Source: an uncultured virus (IMG/VR IMGVR_UViG_3300049259_000219) (Duplodnaviria; Heunggongvirae; Uroviricota; Caudoviricetes). Taken from it: DNA of 20,000 nucleotides. The position numbers and the translations under genes are program-made. A model generated the notes under the pieces. That model searched no databases. It saw only the letters and a program-made list of their open reading frames with translations, and had not been told where the DNA came from. Shown here in pieces: positions 8,058-18,200 of the stretch. Location of the stretch: the IMG/VR virus record IMGVR_UViG_3300049259_000219; one strand, given 5' to 3'. Numbering within the stretch: the stretch's first letter is position 1; every line of letters starts with the position of its first letter.

Positions 8058-8398
8058 TCGCCAACCTCCACCAGCTTCCGAGGTGTTCCACGTAGAACAT
8101 TGACTGATCGCACCGGCACGTTCGTGTCAATCCGCTTGGCCACGACGCGCGGCGACTCACCCATCTCCAGCTCGAGGCGGATGTTCTGCGCCGCGAGCGT
8201 GCCGTTGGCAAACTCCATAGCGCACAACAGCTCCTCAGCCGTCATGATGCGCCGCAGCTTGTTCCAGGTCGGCGTCCCGTTGCGCTGCCCGCGCAAGACC
8301 TGAACCAGGTGCGGACTGCCCGAGAAGATCATCTTCGCGAGCGAACGAATCGTCATGTTACGCGCCTTCAGCAGCTCGATCAGTCGCAAGTTTTTCAT
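8054..8398 (-). CDS. XRE/Cro-like helix-turn-helix protein (114 aa)
   Basis: LIELLKARNMTIRSLAKMIFSGSPHLVQVLRGQR...TWNKL follows the HTH_XRE pattern. Confidence 0.7.
   Translation of the reverse strand: MKNLRLIELLKARNMTIRSLAKMIFSGSPHLVQVLRGQRNGTPTWNKLRRIMTAEELLCAMEFANGTLAAQNIRLELEMGESPRVVAKRIDTNVPVRSVNVLRGTPRKLVEVGE
8084..8099. promoter_or_regulatory. parS-like palindrome
   Basis: TGTTCCACGTAGAACA, one mismatch from the canonical-type parS TGTTCCACGTGGAACA. Confidence 0.55.
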
Positions 8399-8646
8399 AG
8401 GTCAGTAGCCAAGGCCCACATGCCGGGGTAGCCGGGGACAACTCTGAGAGGAACCCCGGCAAAGCAGGCGCCGAACAGGATCGGACCTTCATTGAGTTCG
8501 CGCCAAACCGCCTCAGAGATCGCGAGGAACGCCGGGAAGTCCCACTGGTGAGCCCGCCGGTAGGACTCCATCGTGACGAGCAGCAACCCGATCACGTCGT
8601 CCTGGACGAGGTCTGCCTTCTTGTCTGGATATTGGGCACGGATCAT
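8395..8646 (-). CDS. Hypothetical protein (83 aa)
   Basis: 4-nt overlaps with both neighbours. Confidence 0.7.
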   Translation of the reverse strand: MIRAQYPDKKADLVQDDVIGLLLVTMESYRRAHQWDFPAFLAISEAVWRELNEGPILFGACFAGVPLRVVPGYPGMWALATDL

Positions 8647-9416
8647 TCGGCTTTGCCAAAATAGGCGTCAAAATTGGCAACGACACGGTTCGGGATCTTC
8701 ACCACCTCCACGTTGTCGCGGTTCTTGTGCAGGTACCGCTCCACCATGACGATGCTTTCGTTCTTATAGGTGCGAATGATGCCGACCGCCTTCGTGAGCA
8801 GCTCGCCATTGTACTCGGACGTATGCCGAACCGGCGCGCCGCAAGCGCGGTCCATCCGCATCAGGAAAGCGATGGCCCGCTTCTCTTCCTCCTCGCTCAC
8901 TTTCAGCGCCTCGGAGAAGACGAGGGCGCCCTGCGCCTCCAGAAGCCGCTGTTGCTGGGCCGCCATGTCATCGACGTCCGCTTGCCGACGCCGTTCCGCC
9001 TTGGCCAGCCCGCCACGTTGCTGGGTGGTCTTGTAGTCCGGCGACAGATGGACGTTGCACGTCCAGAAATCATTCAGGGTCATCCCCCACAGGTCGCCGC
9101 GCTGAACCATCGTCAACATACCGACCTCCATCCAGAGCTTCACCAGCTCGCCCGTCTCGCCCTTCCATTCGCAGAACTCTTCGAGGATGTAGGCGATCGG
9201 CTCCTTATCCCACCGGTGAACATGGCCCCCGAACGCATTATCAAGCGGACGCCATTGAACGCCAGCCCGCCCCCAGTCGCACCAGAGCCGGACGAAGTAG
9301 AGGCTCGCCATCGCCTTCGCGGACTCGCCGTGCGTCGGCCGGAGCCGCTGCGCGAGACGACGCAAGTCATCTCGCATCTCGAAGTCGAGAGGGAGGTGAA
9401 GGACAGGAGCAACCAT
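8643..9416 (-). CDS. Putative phage replication-initiator/organiser-like protein (257 aa)
   Basis: N-terminal FVRLWCDW...LEEFCEWKGETGELVKLWMEVGML...LNDFWTCN followed by a basic helix resembles the winged-helix N-termini of phage replication proteins. ORF is secure, function is inferred. Confidence 0.5.
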   Translation of the reverse strand: MVAPVLHLPLDFEMRDDLRRLAQRLRPTHGESAKAMASLYFVRLWCDWGRAGVQWRPLDNAFGGHVHRWDKEPIAYILEEFCEWKGETGELVKLWMEVGMLTMVQRGDLWGMTLNDFWTCNVHLSPDYKTTQQRGGLAKAERRRQADVDDMAAQQQRLLEAQGALVFSEALKVSEEEEKRAIAFLMRMDRACGAPVRHTSEYNGELLTKAVGIIRTYKNESIVMVERYLHKNRDNVEVVKIPNRVVANFDAYFGKAE

Positions 9417-9465
9417 GCAGGAAGTTCCATAAGGAACTTTCCGAAAGCGGTCAAGCGATTACTTT

Positions 9466-9930
9466 TCAGGCATCCACTTCGCCGACATAGTGGTGGGTGA
9501 TGTGGAAGGGGCGACCTTGGCTGTGGTGAAACTCCGCCCATTCGTCTTCACGTATCCACTCCGCCGGCGCACAGGCCGTACAAAGCACCCAGCCCCGGCA
9601 GTGAGCAACCCAATGCGTGTGAAAATACGCGACGCGCGGAGGAACGCCGGGATTCAACCACTTGCCCTCCCACTGCACGCGATTGATTCCGTTGCAGAGG
9701 GTCAGTGTTTTCACGACTCGCGCTTGCGTCAGCCGCCCCAAAAACAGGAGGGCCTGAGACATTTGCGTCGGACTCATCCACCCCTTGTAGTTCACGAGCG
9801 CGGGCCTGACCGCCTCAAGGGTGAGCCCACACGCTGCGGCGATCGAGTGCGGGCCGCACGATGCCTTCCAGTCAAGGTTCGCCCGCTCGGATTCCTCCGC
9901 GCTGTAGCAGAGCTTGGGCAGATCAGACAT
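9466..9930 (-). CDS. Papain-fold (peptidase C39-like) cysteine peptidase (154 aa)
   Basis: SCGPHSIAAAC (catalytic Cys at helix start) and HTHWVA (His strand). Confidence 0.6.
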   Translation of the reverse strand: MSDLPKLCYSAEESERANLDWKASCGPHSIAAACGLTLEAVRPALVNYKGWMSPTQMSQALLFLGRLTQARVVKTLTLCNGINRVQWEGKWLNPGVPPRVAYFHTHWVAHCRGWVLCTACAPAEWIREDEWAEFHHSQGRPFHITHHYVGEVDA

Positions 9931-9951
9931 ATCCCATAGGGCTCATAGAGA

Positions 9952-9970
9952 TTTTACGGTACGCGTTCCG
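9952..9970 (-). repeat. Junction motif copy 4
   Basis: + strand TTTTACGGTACGCGTTCCG, identical to copy 1; intergenic between the stop at 9983 and the ATG at 9930. Confidence 0.9.
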
Positions 9971-9982
9971 GATTTTATGGGG

Positions 9983-11398
9983 TTACTCATCGGTGAGGAG
10001 GCGCATCTGAATCAGGCCCCCGATGCGCGGATCGGGCGGACAAGTGAGCTGGTCAATCACCCATTTCGTATTGGTCGTCGCGACCATGGAATGGCCAGGG
10101 CTGATGCTTCCGCTGCCGAGGACCCCCGGAGGACCGTAAGCCGCCCCGCCATTGTCCGCGGTGATCGCGGCGAAGATGGTATTCGTCGACTCGGTCACCG
10201 TCCCGCCCGCGAGGTCGTACTTGCGGATGCGGTAAGTGATCGGCTGATTGATGATGTCGCCGGTATTGGCAAAGACCCGCTGCTCGAACGCGCCGCCAAA
10301 GGCAAAGCCGACGCCGAACGTGAGCTGCGATTCGCGGCGATGGTGGAGGGTCTCATCCACGCTCATCCGGTGCAGGGCGACCGTGGCCCCGGTGATGCCG
10401 GACGAGAGGACGAAGATCGGGTGATCGACCTGGTAATCGAGATTGGCCTGCACGACCGCCTCGAACTCGGCCGTCTCGTAGGGATTCGAGAGGACCAGCG
10501 TCAGCAATTCCGTCCTGGTTTCGCCCCCGCACAAATACGAGCGGTCCATGGTCCGCGAAGTCTCGGTCTCGGTCACCGTCCCGAACGTGAGCTCGCGCGC
10601 GAACCAGTGGAGCGGGAAGCGGCAAAGCCCCACCGTCTTGTCGTCGTTGCGGAAAAGGTCATCCGAGAAAGTACGGACGTGTTGGCCCGTCGGGTCGTCG
10701 CGCAACTCCCCGCCGGACGGCACAAACTCCCACTTCCCGCTGTAGATCCGCTCATTGGCCCCGACCAGGGCGCAGCCGGGGTACGAGCCCGCCACGACCA
10801 ACTGTTTTTTGTAGAGCTTTGCAGCCGGCCCATCGCTGGTCCGGAACGCGGGGAAACCGCTTTTGCGGAGCTGATGATCCTGCAGCGCTCCGGAGAAGTT
10901 GCCGACCGCGCTCCCGGGCGGCCCAGCGATAAAGGTGAACGTATGGATGTCGGCCGGCTGCGGCAGCTCGTAGATGTCGCCATCAGAGCACTCCATCCAC
11001 CCGGCGGCATCGTACACCCCGGACTCGGGATCGGTCATCGGCTGGGAGAAGCGGACGACCGCCGCATCTGTCGTCCAGGTCGCCGGCGCGCTGCTGTCCT
11101 CAGAGTCCTGGTTCACCGTGATCGGGCGCACGTCGACGACGTATGGCCCGACCGTGGCGCCGGAGAACTTCACCTTGATCCGCACCTTGCGCGTGGAGGT
11201 CGAATAAGGAGTCGTGAAGTCGCTGCGGGCGAATTCGGTGAACGCGTCGCCCTCATCGCTGACTGAGGACCAGATTTCGCACGCGGGCGGAAGGTCGGGC
11301 GCGCACCGGCAAAGGCACGGCCCGTCGCTCGTCTGCCTCATCTCCCATCGGGGCAAAACGGACGGCTCGGCCGGCGGCCGCAAGATCAGCTCACCCAT
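9983..11398 (-). CDS. Putative virion structural protein (471 aa)
   Basis: T/G/S/D-rich, beta-strand-like composition; starts 1 nt after the 932-aa gene. Function inferred from context. Confidence 0.55.
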   Translation of the reverse strand: MGELILRPPAEPSVLPRWEMRQTSDGPCLCRCAPDLPPACEIWSSVSDEGDAFTEFARSDFTTPYSTSTRKVRIKVKFSGATVGPYVVDVRPITVNQDSEDSSAPATWTTDAAVVRFSQPMTDPESGVYDAAGWMECSDGDIYELPQPADIHTFTFIAGPPGSAVGNFSGALQDHQLRKSGFPAFRTSDGPAAKLYKKQLVVAGSYPGCALVGANERIYSGKWEFVPSGGELRDDPTGQHVRTFSDDLFRNDDKTVGLCRFPLHWFARELTFGTVTETETSRTMDRSYLCGGETRTELLTLVLSNPYETAEFEAVVQANLDYQVDHPIFVLSSGITGATVALHRMSVDETLHHRRESQLTFGVGFAFGGAFEQRVFANTGDIINQPITYRIRKYDLAGGTVTESTNTIFAAITADNGGAAYGPPGVLGSGSISPGHSMVATTNTKWVIDQLTCPPDPRIGGLIQMRLLTDE

Positions 11399-11399
11399 G

Positions 11400-14198
11400 C
11401 TAAGGACCGGTTGGATCGGTTTCGACGATCCCGACCAACGGGTCCGTCGCCATGTTCCCGATGAAATACTCCTGAGTATATGTATCGCAAGAGACCGCGA
11501 CGACCTGAGGAATTACGTCGATGGAACCCGTGTAGCAATTGGTGATCTGTGAATTGTCGGCGATCACCCCATCCTTAACCTCGATGGTCGCAATGACGCG
11601 CGACCAGACCTCGGGAGGTTCATCATCATGACCCACCGGATTGGTGAGGTTACTCAGGCTTTCGCTCAGTTCCAGCGATGCGGAGACGGTGCGACCTCCC
11701 TCCGTCTCGCCGTGGAGAATCATGTAATAAGTGCCATCTTCGTCGCCGCAGACGAACTCCTGATCATTATTGCCCGGCTGGACGTCACGCACGAACCCCG
11801 GGCGCACCTTAACCCGGCGTTCCTGATCGTCCGGAGCGGTGCTGTCCCCGGTGTAGGCGGATTTGTAGGTCTGAAGCGAGACGCGAGCCCCGGCCGCGCC
11901 GCCACCACTGCCGATCTGGACGGGAACGAGAATGGTATCTGTCCCCGCGTACTCATAGAGCACCTGCCCCACCGACCGCCAGCCGGTGCCCCGCTTGGCC
12001 GTGCAATCCACTTCGGTCGCGTCGCAACCGACCGAGTCGCCCGGATGAAACGGCCCCTTCACTCGGACCGGCACGGTGCCATAAGTGACGCAGGCCGCGT
12101 GTGTCGTGGCACCCTCCGCGACGACGATGCCCCCGAAGGTATCGAACTTGGCGTCATCACCCGAGCCCGAGGCCAGCCAGACGACCTGACCGGCGTGCGT
12201 CGTCGTGACGTTGCGAATCGAGATGCTGCACCGATGCGCACCGACCGGCCGTTGCATGACCTCCGAGACAGTGGAGTAGGCATTGGGCGAGTTGCGCTTC
12301 AGCTCGCGGGAGAGCTTGGCGATCAAATGCAACTGCTCGACCTCCTTGGCGTTGTTCTTCTGGCCGGGAAAGAGATCCCGCGCCTTTGCCTTTCGATCGA
12401 GGTCGCGCTCGTTCTCAAAGTTACTTTGCGACCGCTCCTTCGTGTACTCGACCTGCTCTGTCAGCGCATCGGCAAAGCTAAGATTGACGCTCACGCGGTC
12501 AATCGTGCTCGTCAGCGCGGTGCCGACGCTGCCGTGTCGAGTGTAGCCGCCCGATCGATAGACGGCGACCTGGGCCGTCACCGTCGATGCACACTCGGCA
12601 GCCTTCGTGTCGACAGAGCGGTTATCCGCATAGACGACCTCGCTTTGAAAGACGCCGCCATCCATCAGCGCGTGGTAATTCAAGCCGCTGATATACTTCG
12701 CCCCCTTGCGGACGCCACTGCCAAACCTCTTCGAGTAGCGCTCCGCGGAGAAGACCATGGAGGCCCGGACCGGCGCCGCCGTGACGACCACGTCCGCATT
12801 CGGCACCGCGATGTTATAGAGCGGATCGCCTTCCTCCAACGAGTCATGGTTCGGGAAGAGGAAGAGCGCGTGCTCATCGGTCCCCGGAAGAAAGACCGCG
12901 TGCTCAAAGATGACGCAGTAGTTTTTCACGTCCAAGGTGAATTTGTTTTGCGCACTCCAGCTATCGGCCGACGCCGAGAGCTGCTCCGGCGTAATTGCTC
13001 CCTGCGTGCGCGGATCAAGCAACTCCATCGGCTGGCCCTTCGCGATGATGAATGCCTTCGCGTCCGGGTAATATTCGCTCGGCGATTTGTAGATCATCTC
13101 GCCGTCATCGATCGAATAAGTCACCGCCGCCAACAGCCCGTCATTGATCTCCAGACTCTCCAGATCGATGCCGTTGATGGTGTAGGTGGTTGGCACGCGG
13201 TAAGCCTTCCAAACAATATCTTGAAGGTAGACCCACACCGGAATCTCCATACGGCCGACCTCACCCCAAGTGCCGGCATCGATATAATCATCCCCCTTCT
13301 TCGCGACGTACTCCCGAACCGTCACCGACCGGGCCTTGGCGACGAGCTCCCCCTGACTCGCGACATCGTCGGCATCCAGCTCAAACTGCGCAGCGACTTC
13401 CGCCAGCCACGCCGGCTCGGACCAGAACTCCTCATAGACAGACTTCCAATCAGGAGTGAGATCGATCGGCAAATCCTGGTATCGGTTACGATCGCCGACG
13501 ATGCGCACCTTTGTGTCGTTATTAGACAACGCATCACCGTCCTTCCAGTCAGTCACGTTGTCTGGGATGGCCACCAGATCGCCCTCGCCCTTACGAACCC
13601 AAAGCAAGGTGTTCTCACCCACCAACGTGAAGACCAACCCCTGCTGTTCGCTGACTTCCTGCAACAGCGTCCCGAACTTCTGGCCGTTATTGTCGCCAAT
13701 CGAATAGACCGGCTTGTCCTGATCGGCATGGAAGGTGAAGTTCCAAACCGTTTCCACGGTTTCGCTTTCATATATACCATTGATAACGGCAACGGCGCTT
13801 AGCGGCGACTGTGTCCAAGTTTTCTGTTGTGCGTCCCAATCGTCGGGAAAGATATGCCAATACCTTTTCTGGCGATCAAGACCAGGCGTGGCCGGATTAT
13901 CCTCCCTGACTTCGGCGTTGTTAAAGGTGCAGTACACATCATCCCACATCAGCTTGATCCGATTATCCACGAGCTGCAGCTCAGTCATCGTGCCCCACGA
14001 TGCCGTTGTCGGATTCTGATTGATGATGCCATTAAAGACACTGCCCCCGAGCGTGATCGCCACCGCATCGCCAACATGCAAAGCGATCCCGGCCGCAGCA
14101 CCCGGAATGGTGACCGTCGCCGAGGCCGGCGAAAGACCCCAGCTATAGGTCAACTGCATCGCCGCAACATCGAATCCGCCAACAGTGATCGCCGCCAT
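11400..14198 (-). CDS. Putative tail/baseplate hub-like virion protein (932 aa)
   Basis: N-terminal strands ITLGGSVFNGII...TELQLVD and FGTLLQEVSEQQGLVFTL recall tail hub proteins; the C-terminal GTVPVRVKGPFHPGDSV module recalls phage fibre/decoration domains. ORF is secure, function is inferred. Confidence 0.55.
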   Translation of the reverse strand: MAAITVGGFDVAAMQLTYSWGLSPASATVTIPGAAAGIALHVGDAVAITLGGSVFNGIINQNPTTASWGTMTELQLVDNRIKLMWDDVYCTFNNAEVREDNPATPGLDRQKRYWHIFPDDWDAQQKTWTQSPLSAVAVINGIYESETVETVWNFTFHADQDKPVYSIGDNNGQKFGTLLQEVSEQQGLVFTLVGENTLLWVRKGEGDLVAIPDNVTDWKDGDALSNNDTKVRIVGDRNRYQDLPIDLTPDWKSVYEEFWSEPAWLAEVAAQFELDADDVASQGELVAKARSVTVREYVAKKGDDYIDAGTWGEVGRMEIPVWVYLQDIVWKAYRVPTTYTINGIDLESLEINDGLLAAVTYSIDDGEMIYKSPSEYYPDAKAFIIAKGQPMELLDPRTQGAITPEQLSASADSWSAQNKFTLDVKNYCVIFEHAVFLPGTDEHALFLFPNHDSLEEGDPLYNIAVPNADVVVTAAPVRASMVFSAERYSKRFGSGVRKGAKYISGLNYHALMDGGVFQSEVVYADNRSVDTKAAECASTVTAQVAVYRSGGYTRHGSVGTALTSTIDRVSVNLSFADALTEQVEYTKERSQSNFENERDLDRKAKARDLFPGQKNNAKEVEQLHLIAKLSRELKRNSPNAYSTVSEVMQRPVGAHRCSISIRNVTTTHAGQVVWLASGSGDDAKFDTFGGIVVAEGATTHAACVTYGTVPVRVKGPFHPGDSVGCDATEVDCTAKRGTGWRSVGQVLYEYAGTDTILVPVQIGSGGGAAGARVSLQTYKSAYTGDSTAPDDQERRVKVRPGFVRDVQPGNNDQEFVCGDEDGTYYMILHGETEGGRTVSASLELSESLSNLTNPVGHDDEPPEVWSRVIATIEVKDGVIADNSQITNCYTGSIDVIPQVVAVSCDTYTQEYFIGNMATDPLVGIVETDPTGP

Positions 14199-14209
14199 TT
14201 TGCGTTAGA

Positions 14210-14228
14210 TTTTACGGTACGCGTCCCG
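14210..14228 (-). repeat. Junction motif copy 5
   Basis: + strand TTTTACGGTACGCGTCCCG; contains the TAA stop of the upstream gene, 11 nt before ATG 14198. Confidence 0.9.
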
Positions 14229-14871
14229 CAATTCCACGGAAGGAGTTGCGCGTTGAATCGACCACAATCTTGACCGGAAAGTCGCGCGGCACCGGAGCCA
14301 CCTTGGAAAAATTACGGCCCGTCGGCAGCACGTCGTCCTCACTCGGCGCGACGTTCTGAATACGCAAGCCGAGCGATGGTGAAATATCGAAATGGGCCGG
14401 GTAATCGAGCTGGCAGTAACCCGAACTCATCGACGCGGTCAACTCCACCTCGAGCTCCTCTCCCGGTTGAAGCTCGACGTCTTCATTCAGCGTGTAGTGG
14501 CAAGCCGCGGTATCAATGATGGCGTTGAACTCAGACCCCACAGAGTAGCGAACCGCAGACCGCACGGTGCTGATCTTGAACCGGCACCGCGACCGCAGAA
14601 AAGTAACTTCCTGAGCCGCCACCCAGTCATCTGTCCCGGCAATCGCCACCTCCGCCTTGACCTCCCAATCGGAACGCCAGGCGGCAATGACCATCCAGTC
14701 CCGCATGTAAGGCCGCGCATCCTCGATCGGCTTCCACGGCCCCCACTCCGCCGGCGGCACAGCGGGCTGCCGGAACGCGAGCCGAATGCGATAGCCCTGC
14801 TCGGGCGCAACGCCGTCCCATTGGAGCCAAACATGGACTCCATCCCAAGCGCCGCAAAGGTAGCAATTCAT
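14212..14871 (-). CDS. Hypothetical beta-rich protein (219 aa), FN3/Ig-like N-terminus possible
   Basis: ATG 14871 is preceded by GGGGAG; VWLQWDGVAPEQGYRIR resembles FN3-type strands. Confidence 0.65.
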   Translation of the reverse strand: MNCYLCGAWDGVHVWLQWDGVAPEQGYRIRLAFRQPAVPPAEWGPWKPIEDARPYMRDWMVIAAWRSDWEVKAEVAIAGTDDWVAAQEVTFLRSRCRFKISTVRSAVRYSVGSEFNAIIDTAACHYTLNEDVELQPGEELEVELTASMSSGYCQLDYPAHFDISPSLGLRIQNVAPSEDDVLPTGRNFSKVAPVPRDFPVKIVVDSTRNSFRGIAGRVP

Positions 14872-14890
14872 CCACTCCCCGATACACGGC

Positions 14891-14949
14891 CACAATTACT
14901 TGTGCAATTCACGATTTCCCATTGACGCGAATGCAACAACTGTTGCAAT
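14891..14949. promoter_or_regulatory. Divergent control region with operator-like palindromes
   Basis: AT-richer gap between divergent genes; CACAA-ttac-TTGTG (14891-14904), TTGACG -35-like hexamer (14922-14927), TGCAACA-ac-TGTTGCA (14932-14947). Confidence 0.6.
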
Positions 14950-14973
14950 GCTGACAACCCCTTAACTCGTCCC

Positions 14974-15207
14974 ATGCCTAAACCTCCAGCGTCCGTAGGG
15001 ATAGCCCTTACTTGCAGCGACATTGCCACCCAAATTGCGGCCAGCGGTCGCGGGAGCTGCGACCGCTCCACGGTCTGGCGGGTCATCAAGCGGCTCAAGA
15101 TCGAACCGACCATCAAGGCCGGCCGATATAGCCTCTACTCCGCGGAAGACGCGAAGAAGATCGCCGCCACGATCCGCCCGCAAACCGCCGATACCGCTGA
15201 TAAATGA
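14974..15207 (+). CDS. Small HTH DNA-binding protein (Xis/MerR-like, 77 aa)
   Basis: LTCSDIATQI...DRSTVWRVIKRLKIEP...GRYSLYSAED winged-HTH pattern; ATGA overlap with the primase. Confidence 0.65.
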   Translation: MPKPPASVGIALTCSDIATQIAASGRGSCDRSTVWRVIKRLKIEPTIKAGRYSLYSAEDAKKIAATIRPQTADTADK

Positions 15208-18200
15208 GCACAGGCTCCACGGACCCGGAGATCTGGAACACAGCGCGGCAGCGCCTACCGCTGCCCCTGCTGCTGACGAAGCTGGGGGACGGCTCCCACA
15301 CCAAGAAGGGCGCGGACTGCCCATTCTGCGGCACTGGCAAGGGCAAGTGGGCCATCTTCGAGAAGGGCGGCAAACACTTCTTCAAGTGTCACGAACCGGA
15401 CTGCGTCGCGAACGAGAACGAGGTCGGACACAACGAGATCGCCTACATCCAGCTCCGCCGCGGGATGGAAGCCAAGGAAGCCGCGAAGGAGTATCTCCGC
15501 CTGGCCGTCCCCGATCTAGTGCCGGAACTTTTCGACCGCCCGCCGGAGCGCAAGGCGCGCAAGGCCCGACTGGGCCTCGGCGAAGAGGACGACGACGAGA
15601 TTCCCGGGATCGCGCCCGCAGCCCCGCCGCCACCGCCGCCGCCCCGAGACGGCGAAGCGCGCAACGTCTGGCATGCTCTCTGGAAGAAGCTGCCCCTGAC
15701 CGTCGACGACCGCGCCAAGCTCCGCGTGGCCCGCGGATTGAGCGACGACACGATAAATCGCCTCGGCTTTCGCTCCAACAACGGGAGCAACTTCCACCAC
15801 CTACAGGCGCTGGCCGACGACTTCTCACTCGACGAGCTGATCGCCGAAGGCATCTACAAGGACGAGGGCAGCCGCGGCGCCAAGGCGAGCGGACAGTTTC
15901 AAGGGTGGGGAATCACGGACCAAAAGGACAAGACCGGCAAGGCCATCTTTGAACAGACGGAGCCGATCCTCATTCCCTACCTCGACGCCGACGGGGTGCC
16001 GTTCTACATGCGGCCCCACAAGGGTGGCGTGAAGAAACCAAAGGACGAGCTCGAGGAGCTGGACCTTGACGAAGACGCGCCGGAAAGCTGCGCCAGCCAC
16101 GTCTATTGCCCCTACCTCCTGGTCGAACTGATCCTGTTCAACGATGGCCTTTGCGTGCTGACCGAAGGGGAGTTCAAAGCGGCTGCGCTCTGGCAATGCG
16201 GCATCGCGGCGATCGCCTGCCCAGGCATCCAGTTCGTCCGCAATCAGGCTTTCCGCGCCGAGCTGGTCGAGATCCTGCGGACCTTCGGCGTGACCGACCT
16301 GGTCGTGATCTTCGACAACGAGGTGAAGGACGACCCCGCCTTTCCGAAGCGCTACAAGGCCGACCCTTGGAAGCGGTGGGATACGCCCATGTGGGCGGAG
16401 TACACAGCCATCGACCTGAAGGACTATTTTGCGTCACGCGGGACCTGCCGAATCGGCTGGCTGCCCGATCAATACCGCGTCGAAGGAAAGGCCGACTGCG
16501 ACGGCATCCTCGCGCAGATGGTCCATAAGTACGGGATGGATGAAGGGACGAGGCAGGCCCGCCGCATCTTCCTCCAGACGATCGAGTCATCGAGCGAGAA
16601 ACCGACGATTGACCTCTTCCCTTCGGAGAGCCGCCGCATCATCGAATGCAAACTCTCCCGGCTGTACTACAAACCGCTCGTGCAGTTGGGCGGGAACAAG
16701 GAAATGACGCTGGCCCGCCGCTTTGCGGAGCACGACGAGAACGGTCGCATCGTCGACAAGCCGATGGCCGATCTTTTCCGGAGCCTGCGCGGCTGCTACT
16801 ACAAACGCGCCAAGCCCAAGGAGAAGCATCTCGACTCGCTCCACGAAGAGAAGGTCGCCCTGCAAAAGACGATCGAGGAGCTGAAGGAGGCGGGCAAGTC
16901 CGCAACCCCGCAATGGGAGCGAGCCCGCCGCCAGAAACTCCGCATCGCCCACGCCAAGCTCGCGGTGGTCTGGGAGAACCTCAAGGGCATCCCCGAGCCG
17001 CTTAGTAACTTTACCCTCGCCTGCGAGTACAAGCTCCACACGACCCTCGGCGATGTGCATCGACTGGTGAACGTGAGGGATTCGAAGGAGCGGACCAAAC
17101 GCGACGCGGCCATGCGCCGCCTTGCCCCGAGCGATCTCGCCCGCCTCGCGGACTTCCGCAAATGGTGTTACAGCACGGGTGAGGCGGTCTGGACAGGCGG
17201 AGACAAGGAGCTGCAGCACCTGGTCCAAGACATGGACCATCACTCCTTCCTCCGCGACATTCACGAGATCACGACCTACGGCTTTCACCCGGCGTCGAAG
17301 CTCTGGTTTTTCGGCGACGTGGCCTTCGGACCGGACGGCCGCCCGATCCTGCCCGACGCCAGCAACATCTTTTGGTACGACGGCATTGGCTACCAGATCG
17401 ACCAGAGCATCCACGAGCGCGGCGAGTCCTTCGTACAAGGATCGCCCCTCCTCCTCCAGCCGCAGGGCACGGTGCCACCGCTGGAGAATCCAGACGTGCC
17501 AGCCATGTTCCGCCAGCTTTCAGAAGACCTTTTCAACACGGTCGGCGGGTACGACGGCTGGCTGATCATGGGCATGATCGCGGCCTATGCCATCGCCCCG
17601 GAATTGATCCGCGCCGGCGGGCACCCCGGCCTCTGGCTCTTCGGCAAAATGTCGAGCGGCAAGACGACCGTGGCGCGCTGGGCAATGCGGGTGTGGGGAT
17701 TCAAGGAACTCGGCGGCATCCGCATCGGCGAGAGCACCACGTCGACCGCGATGAACCGCTTCCTCGCTCAATACAATTCGCTCCCGGTCTGGATGGACGA
17801 ATACCGGCGCCTCTCCGTCGACGCACAGCGGGAGGAAGTCCTACGCGGTGCCTTCGACCGAAGCTCGGCCGCCAAGGGCGTGGCCGACCACTCCAACAAG
17901 ACCCGCAACGCGACGATCCTGACGATGCCCGTCATCTCCGGCGAATCAAGCTCCGGCGACGCCGCGACCCGCAGCCGGTACGGCCACGTGAACGTCTCGG
18001 CTCACAAGCGCATCGGCGACGGCCATGCCCGGTATGTCCGCGTCCAGAACGAGCAGCTCCATTTCTACCACATCGGCTATTGGCTGATGAGCAACCGCAA
18101 GGCGTTCGCGGAAAAGACGATCGCGCTCCTGGAGTCGTGGATGGCCGACCCGACCGTGAAGGCAGCCATCATCAACGAACGCGTCCGCTTCGTTCACGGC

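Noticed and set aside
9914..13802. 450-aa and 724-aa + strand ORFs
   Set aside because: Antisense shadows of the 471-aa and 932-aa genes; Arg/His-rich, as expected in high-GC DNA.
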